Assembly (NCBI GenBank): GCA_963821525.1
Contig: CAWGED010000008.1
Location: 64,001-128,000, forward strand
Reading direction: 5' to 3'
From: an uncultured Gemmatimonadales bacterium
Lineage (GTDB): Bacteria; Gemmatimonadota; Gemmatimonadetes; Gemmatimonadales; GWC2-71-9
DNA length: 64,000 nt
This document shows positions 58,407 to 64,000 of this stretch, piece after piece (within the stretch, counting starts at the first letter, position 1; the number at the start of each line of letters is the position of its first letter). The translations under genes and the position numbers were made by a program. The notes below the pieces were generated by a model. It was given only the letters and a program-made list of their open reading frames with translations. It searched no databases and was not told where the DNA came from.

Positions 58407-58895
58407 ATGGCCACCACTCTCCAACTTCTGCTACGCGGCAAAGGGGCCCACGCAGACACGGTCGCCTGCGTCTCGGGACTCAGTCCTGAACTCGCCGGAA
58501 AGCGACTCGCCGGAATCGAGCACACGATCTGGCAGCTCCTGGTGCACATGAACTATTGGATGGACTACGAGCTCCGCTCGATCGCGGGTCCCGAAGTCCC
58601 CTATCCGGAGCACGCCGCCGAGAGCTGGCCAGACACTGACGGGCCAGCCAGCGCATCTGCCCTTGCTGACGAGGTTCGCCGTTTTGCGAATCAGATCAAG
58701 CAGCTCAGCGACCTGGCCGGCCGGCTCAACGACAACCAGCTACGGAGCCGAGTCGTTCACCCTGCCAAGCAGGAGACGGTAGAGGATGTGCTATGGCAGA
58801 TGGTGGCCCACAACAGTTACCACGTCGGGCAGGTAGCTACGCTGCGCCGGGCGCTCGGCGCCTGGCCGCCGGCGGAGGGGGGAGATACGTGGTAG
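58407..58895 (+). CDS. DinB family protein
   Basis: HTIWQLLVHMNYW and AHNSYHVGQV His triad. Confidence 0.9.
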   Translation: MATTLQLLLRGKGAHADTVACVSGLSPELAGKRLAGIEHTIWQLLVHMNYWMDYELRSIAGPEVPYPEHAAESWPDTDGPASASALADEVRRFANQIKQLSDLAGRLNDNQLRSRVVHPAKQETVEDVLWQMVAHNSYHVGQVATLRRALGAWPPAEGGDTW

Positions 58896-58904
58896 GGACG
58901 ACAG

Positions 58905-59052
58905 GAGACGTGAGAACGTGAGACGGTGAGACAGTGAGACGTGAGACGGAAATGCAGAGGGTAACAAATGGGGGCCTCCAATTTCTGGGGCCCCCTCTTA
59001 CTTCTCACTTCTCACTTCTTACGCTGTCTCTCTCACTTCTCACTTCTCACGC
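58905..59052. repeat. Palindromic heptamer element (GTGAGAC-like x6 / CTTCTCA-like x7) with inner GGGGGCC/GGCCCCC hairpin
   Basis: gagacgt gagaacgt gagacggt gagacagt gagacgt gagacgg ... cttctca cttctca cttctta ... cttctca cttctca; lies between convergent dinB and ctaF. Confidence 0.88.
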
Positions 59053-59053
59053 T

Positions 59054-59425
59054 TTACGGCCCCCCCGGCATCTTCGTCGGCGCAACGTGATGCAGATAGG
59101 CGAAGAGCAGCATCAGTGCCGTGATCACGACCGCGGCGATGACGAGGGAGAATACGAACACGGTGCTCAGCAGGCGCCCGTCGGTCTTGAGATGCATGTA
59201 GAACATCGCGACCAGGGCGAACTTTATCGCCGAGAGGATCAACAGCACCGGTACCACGACCGGCTCGAGAAGGTGAGCGAAGCCCGCAGGCTGGCCCCGG
59301 TGAACCACCTCGTAGGCTCCCACCTCGAGCGCCGTGAGAATGAACAGCGTGAGGCCGATCTTGAGATAGGTCCCGACCGCGGGATGAGCGTGGGCGTCAG
59401 CGTGCGCGGCGGCGTGAGAGCTCAT
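59054..59425 (-). CDS. ctaF: Cytochrome c oxidase subunit IV (caa3-type)
   Basis: HPAVGTYLKIGLTLFILTALEV...LSAIKFALVAMFYMHLK; ATG 59425. Confidence 0.88.
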   Translation of the reverse strand: MSSHAAAHADAHAHPAVGTYLKIGLTLFILTALEVGAYEVVHRGQPAGFAHLLEPVVVPVLLILSAIKFALVAMFYMHLKTDGRLLSTVFVFSLVIAAVVITALMLLFAYLHHVAPTKMPGGP

Positions 59426-59430
59426 GACGG

Positions 59431-60054
59431 TCACCGAATGAGGTACACGACGGGGAAGATCACGATCCAGACGACGTCTACGAAGTGCCAGTACAGGGCC
59501 GCGATCTCGAGGTTCAGCGCCTTCTCGGGTGGCAACTTGCCTCGGAGCGCCACTACCAGGACCGAGGTCAGCCAGATCAATCCGATGGTGACGTGCGTGC
59601 CATGGAACCCGGTCAGGGTAAAGAAGGTCGAGCTGAAGAGGTTGGTGGTGTAGCCCATTCCCCGATGGTAAAAGTGCCTGAACTCGTACACCTGCATCCC
59701 GACGAAGAATATCCCGCACCCGATCGTGGCGAGCAGCCAGGTAATCATCTGGCGGCGGTTGCCTTTCTGTGCCCCGTTGAGCGCCATCACCACGAATAGC
59801 GAGCTGAAGAGCAGCAGGGCGGTACCGAACGTGACCAGCGGGATTTCCAGCATCTGCTCCTGGACCTTGCCGTTCAGCAGCCACTCGGCGTGCGGCTTGG
59901 GCCCGATCACGTCCCGCCCCTTGTAGACCAGGTAGGTCCCGATCAGCGAGGCGAAGAAGAGGCATTCGGAGCCGATGAAGGTCCAGATCGCCAGCTTCCG
60001 GCTGTCGATGCCGGTCGCGGTGTGGTGTTCGAGTGCGTGTGCGTCGTCAGACAC
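59431..60054 (-). CDS. ctaE: Cytochrome c oxidase subunit III
   Basis: WTFIGSECLFFASL, FFTLTGFHGTHV, LYWHFVDVVW. Confidence 0.95.
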   Translation of the reverse strand: MSDDAHALEHHTATGIDSRKLAIWTFIGSECLFFASLIGTYLVYKGRDVIGPKPHAEWLLNGKVQEQMLEIPLVTFGTALLLFSSLFVVMALNGAQKGNRRQMITWLLATIGCGIFFVGMQVYEFRHFYHRGMGYTTNLFSSTFFTLTGFHGTHVTIGLIWLTSVLVVALRGKLPPEKALNLEIAALYWHFVDVVWIVIFPVVYLIR

Positions 60055-60153
60055 GTCTGCGGTCTCGTTGTAAGTAGAGTTCTATGTGCTGTTCAGCAGT
60101 CGTGGGTCGTCGGGTCCTGAGACCCATGAGTCCAACGACTCATCGACGCCAAC

Positions 60154-61975
60154 TCACCCCGCCGGCTCGAACGCCCAGCGATACACCCCGAAGAACAGGA
60201 TCGCCACACCGGTCAGCGAGACCGGCAGGTGCAGTCCCCCGATGAAGCCGACCAGCGTCGTCGCAACACCCAGCGCCGACACCGCGGGCCAGTACGAGGG
60301 GTTGGGCATATGGATGCCCTTTCCGCTCACCCGCTGCGGCTCCGGCACTCTGCCGCCGGCCAGGCGCTCGGCTTCCCACAGCGCATCGCGGCCATGCACC
60401 ACCGGTTCCTCGGCGAAATTGAACTCCTGGGGCGGCGAGGGAATCGACCACTCCAGGGTCGCGCCATTCCACGGATCGGCCGGAGCCGGAACCCGGCTCT
60501 TCATGGTCCGCCAGATGTTGACCAGGAACACCAGGAACGACAAGCCGAGGATGAAGGACCCGACGGTCTCGATCATGTTCCAGAAGCCGAAATTGTTCTC
60601 GGCGGCATAGGTGTACACCCGCCGCGGCATCCCGTTCAGCCCGAGGAAGTGCATCGGGAAGAACGTCAGGTTGAAGCCGATCAGCATCAGCCAGAAGTGC
60701 ACTTTGCCGAGTTTCTCGTCGAGCATCCGGCCCGACATCTTGGGCCACCAGTAGTAGGCGCCGGCGGTGAGCCCGAAGATGGAACCGCCGAAGAGCACAT
60801 AGTGGAAGTGCGCGACGATGAAATAGGTGTCGGTCTGCTGCAGGTCGGCCGGCGGCGAGGCGTGCATCACGCCGGACAGCCCGCCCATGATGAACATCGC
60901 GATGAACCCTAGGGCGAACAGCATCGGGGTCTTGAACTGGAGCTGGCCGCCCCAGATGGTGCCGATCCAGTTGAAGATCTTCACCCCGGTCGGGACCGCG
61001 ATGAGCATCGTCGCCATCGAGAAGAACGCGTCGGCGAAGGGGCCCATCCCGGTGGAGAACATATGGTGACTCCACACCCCGAACCCGAGGAAGGCGATGA
61101 ACGCCCCGGAGAACACCATCGCGGCGTAACCGAAGAGCGGCTTCCGCGAGAAGACCGGCAGCACTTCGGAGATGATGCCGAAGGCCGGCAGGATCAGGAT
61201 GTAGACCTCGGGATGCCCGAAGATCCAGAACAGGTGCTGCCAGAGGATCGGATCGCCACCGCCGGACGGCACGTAGAAGTGAGTGCCGAAGGTCCGGTCG
61301 ATCATCAGCAGGATCAGCGCGACGGTGATGACCGGGAAGGCGAGGAGCAGGAGCATCTGGGTGATGAAGCTCATCCACACGAACATGGGCATGTACATCA
61401 TCTTCATGCCCTTGGCGCGCAGATTGATGATCGTCACGAAGAAATTGACTGCCGCCGCCAGGGAGGCGACGCCCAGGACCTGCAGGCCCACCGTCCAGAA
61501 ATCGATGTTGAGCCCGGGAGAGAACTGCTTGCTGGTCAGGTTGGCATAGCCGAACCAGCCGCCGTTCGGCGCCGCCCCGAAGAGCCAGCCGGCGTTGATG
61601 ATCAGACCGCCCGGCCAGGAATACCCAGTAGCTGAAGGCGTTGAGCCGGGGGAAGGCCACATCCCGTGCCCCGATCTGGAGCGGGATCATGTAGTTGAAG
61701 AACATGGCCGACAGCGGCATCACCCCGAGGAAGATCATGGTGGTGCCGTGCATCGTGAACAGCTGGTTGTAGGTCTCCGCCGAAACCAGGGTGTTCTCGG
61801 GCTTGGCCAGCTGGAGCCGGATGATCAGCGCCTCGAGGCCGCCGACCAGAAAGAAGAAGAAGGCGGTCGCGCCGTACAGGATGCCGATCCGCTTGTGGTC
61901 AACCGTGGTGAGCCACGACCACAGGACGGATTTCTCGGCTACCTGTTCTTCCGCGGGGAGAGCGGTGGTTGCCAT
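60154..61975 (-). CDS. ctaD: Cytochrome c oxidase subunit I, A1-type (frameshift near 61611)
   Basis: TVDHKRIG, YNQLFTMHGTTMIF, AFPRLN in ORF 60140..61975; FWIFGHPEVY, VWSHHM, VAHFHY, GMPRR in ORF 60154..61662. Confidence 0.96.
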
Positions 61976-61989
61976 GTCTGTCCCGTCTG

Positions 61990-63027
61990 TTATTGCTGCG
62001 TCCGAAGGAAGGCCACCAGCGCGGCGACCTCGTCATCCTTGAGCTGCAGGTTGGGCATGAGTACGCCCAGCTTCCAGGCCTGGGGGTTATGCAGCCACTT
62101 GGCCAGATTCTCGTCGGTGTTCTTGAGCGTGCCCGCCGCGATGTAGGTCCGGCTCCCGATATGATGGAGGTTGGGACCGATGAGGCCCGGCATCGCGGGA
62201 GGATTCAGCGAATGGCAGCCAACGCAGCCCTTCGCGGTAAACAGCTGCTGGCCTTGCCGGAGCATCGGCTCCGGCGATTTCGTCGTGTCGGAGTAATCGG
62301 GCCCCGGAGTATTGAAGTTCGCCGCCCAGGCGTCGAACGCCTCGGGTGGCTGAGCCACGATCCGGTACGCCATCCGCCCGTGCTGCAAGCCGCAGAACTC
62401 GGCGCACTGGCCCGGGTAATTCCCCTCGACCTCCGCCTTGAACCAGAGATTGTTGTGCCGGTTGGGGAACACGTCCCGCTTACCGGCGAACTGCGGCAGC
62501 CAGAAGCTGTGAATTACGTCGGCCGTGGTCATTTCCAGATTCACCGTGCGGCCGGTCGGCACGTGCAGCTCGTTCGCCGTCACGATGCCGAGATCGGGAT
62601 AGCGGAACTCCCACCACCACTGGTGGCCGATCACCTCGACCTGCAGCGCCTCGGGCCCCGGCTTGGTAGCGGTCCGGAAGATGGTACGCACCGTGGGGAC
62701 CGCGATCAGGGCCAGAATGACCGCCGGGATCATGGTCCACACGATCTCCAGCGTGGTGTTTCCATGAGTCTGCGCCGGTTCGGGAGCGCCGGGCCGGGCC
62801 CGGAACTTCCAGATGGCGAAGAGGAGCGCGCCTTCCACCAGCACGAAGACGATGGCCGCGAGATAAACCGTCTTGCGGAAGGTGGCGTCGAGCAAATGTG
62901 CGAAATCCGAGCGCGGCAGCAGCGTGGTCTGCGGGTAGTCGCGGGCACAGGCGAGAACCGCCACCGCGACGACGGCGAGCAGCATCCAACGCGATGGCCA
63001 CCGGCCCACCACGGTCCGGAGGGACAT
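61990..63027 (-). CDS. ctaC: Cytochrome c oxidase subunit II with fused cytochrome c (caa3)
   Basis: Lipobox AVLAC; HQWWWEF; DVIHSF; CuA CAEFCGLQHGRM; heme c CVGCH. Confidence 0.96.
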   Translation of the reverse strand: MSLRTVVGRWPSRWMLLAVVAVAVLACARDYPQTTLLPRSDFAHLLDATFRKTVYLAAIVFVLVEGALLFAIWKFRARPGAPEPAQTHGNTTLEIVWTMIPAVILALIAVPTVRTIFRTATKPGPEALQVEVIGHQWWWEFRYPDLGIVTANELHVPTGRTVNLEMTTADVIHSFWLPQFAGKRDVFPNRHNNLWFKAEVEGNYPGQCAEFCGLQHGRMAYRIVAQPPEAFDAWAANFNTPGPDYSDTTKSPEPMLRQGQQLFTAKGCVGCHSLNPPAMPGLIGPNLHHIGSRTYIAAGTLKNTDENLAKWLHNPQAWKLGVLMPNLQLKDDEVAALVAFLRTQQ

Positions 63028-63082
63028 TTAGGAAATCGTCCTGTCAGCGGGGAGCGACGAATGCATGCAAATGCAGCGGTAC

Positions 63083-63111
63083 ACTGTATTTATTCATCGG
63101 GTCCACGTCAA
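63083..63111 (-). promoter_or_regulatory. Sigma70-type promoter of the cta operon
   Basis: TTGACG-N17-TACAGT, about 55 nt upstream of the ctaC ATG. Confidence 0.65.
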
Positions 63112-63239
63112 GATTGGCCAAGGGGTAAGAGCGCGCTAATCTAATCTGTGCCAATGCAGATCCGCCACCGTGGCCGCGGCCCAAGATAGCGAAAACCGCA
63201 GTCGTCCGCCCCTTGCGGCCTTAAGGAAGGAGTATCGCG

Positions 63240-63722
63240 ATGACCCCCGCCCAGCGAGCCGCCCTGATCCAGCGCTACCAGGATGGGCCCGGCATTCTCG
63301 AGGCCGCCCTGGCCAAGGTACCCAGTGAGGCCCTCAAGTTCCGGCCCGCCCCAGGCAAGTGGACGGTTCACGAGGTCATCATCCACTGTGCCGACAGCGA
63401 GACCAACTCCCACATGCGGATTCGCTACCTGCTCGGGGAAGACGATGCCCTCATCGTGGGATACGACCAGGACCGCTGGGCCAACGTGCTAGGGTATCAC
63501 GATCTCCCGCTGGAGCCTGCCCTGGCCACGGTCCGCGCCGTTCGCGCCAACACCCTGCCGCTTCTGCGGCGGCTGACCGAACAGCAGTGGAACCGGACCG
63601 GGCGCCACACCGAGTATCCCAGCTACGGGGTCGAGCAGTGGCTCGAGATCTATGGTGAGCATCTCGAGATCCATGCCAGACAGATCGAGCGGAATTTGAA
63701 GGCCTTTTCTTCAAAAGCGTGA
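63240..63722 (+). CDS. DinB/YfiT family protein
   Basis: RPAPGKWTVHEVIIHCADSE, YDQDRWA, EHLEIHARQI; AAGGAG RBS. Confidence 0.92.
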   Translation: MTPAQRAALIQRYQDGPGILEAALAKVPSEALKFRPAPGKWTVHEVIIHCADSETNSHMRIRYLLGEDDALIVGYDQDRWANVLGYHDLPLEPALATVRAVRANTLPLLRRLTEQQWNRTGRHTEYPSYGVEQWLEIYGEHLEIHARQIERNLKAFSSKA

Positions 63723-63801
63723 GAAGTGAGAGGTGAGAAGTGAGAGGTGGGTGGAGGGGCGGACTGAGTTCCCTCTCACTTCTCACTTCTTACCTCTCAC
63801 G
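63719..63801. repeat. Palindromic heptamer element (GTGAGAR x4 / TCTCACT-like x4)
   Basis: gtgagaa gtgagag gtgagaa gtgagag ... tctcact tctcact tcttacc tctcacg; between convergent genes. Confidence 0.9.
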
Positions 63802-63807
63802 CTTGTT

Positions 63808-64000
63808 CTATCTGACGGGCATGTCGAACGCCACCGGATCCGGGACATCGAAGGAGTAGTGCCACCACTCCTGGTCGTACTGCTTGAATCCTTCCGCCTC
63901 CATCACCTGACGCAGCAACTGCCGGTAACGCATCGTGCGTCCCGACGCATTGGCCCAGTGCGCCTGTTCTGAGAACGTGTCGAACGGCGTACCCATGTCC
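63808..64000 (-). CDS. ddpX: D-Ala-D-Ala dipeptidase (M15D, VanX/DdpX family), 3' part only
   Basis: DMGTPFDTF...LLRQVMEAEGFKQYDQEWWHY. Confidence 0.9.
   Translation of the reverse strand, partial: DMGTPFDTFSEQAHWANASGRTMRYRQLLRQVMEAEGFKQYDQEWWHYSFDVPDPVAFDMPVR

Noticed and set aside
60154..61975. ctaD as a pseudogene or programmed frameshift
   Set aside because: A single extra G in a short run, all metal ligands intact, the operon complete and no slippery heptamer; it matches the window-wide indel error pattern.
63808..64000. vanX vancomycin-resistance cluster
   Set aside because: Only the dipeptidase 3' end is visible, with no vanH/vanA/vanRS in the window; a housekeeping DdpX-type enzyme is more likely.

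Overview
GC-rich bacterial chromosomal window. Gene content and style suggest Gemmatimonadota (inference only). It holds about 50 CDS and no rRNA, tRNA, CRISPR array, prophage or canonical IS. Main blocks, in order: a partial M42-like protein; aldo/keto reductase; alpha-2-macroglobulin plus pbpC; a NifA-like sigma54 activator; Lrp/AsnC-EamA and an APC permease; a Ser/Thr kinase; DUF5916; two back-to-back ECF sigma/anti-sigma/DUF4097 modules; a 1959-aa RCC1/Ig surface protein; a PAS hybrid kinase; a TetR-YbhGFSR-like ABC exporter; OsmC; an exported TPR-CHAT protease beside an ECF/anti-sigma pair and a 49-aa lipopeptide; tesA/ybbAP; a membrane-fused spermidine synthase; fabI; a caa3-type oxidase operon; two DinB proteins; a partial D,D-dipeptidase. 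About 11 genes carry 1-bp indels, most likely long-read errors. Best leads: (1) an unannotated, apparently leaderless Asn-rich 22-aa leader peptide with complete 1:2/2:3/3:4 attenuator pairings directly upstream of the NifA-like activator; (2) a GxxExxY nuclease-fold gene flanked by two copies of a palindromic nonamer-array element, with a dozen orphan 7/8-mer arrays at gene junctions and one inserted in-frame in pbpC; (3) a CRISPR-independent CHAT protease/anti-sigma/ECF/small-peptide module.
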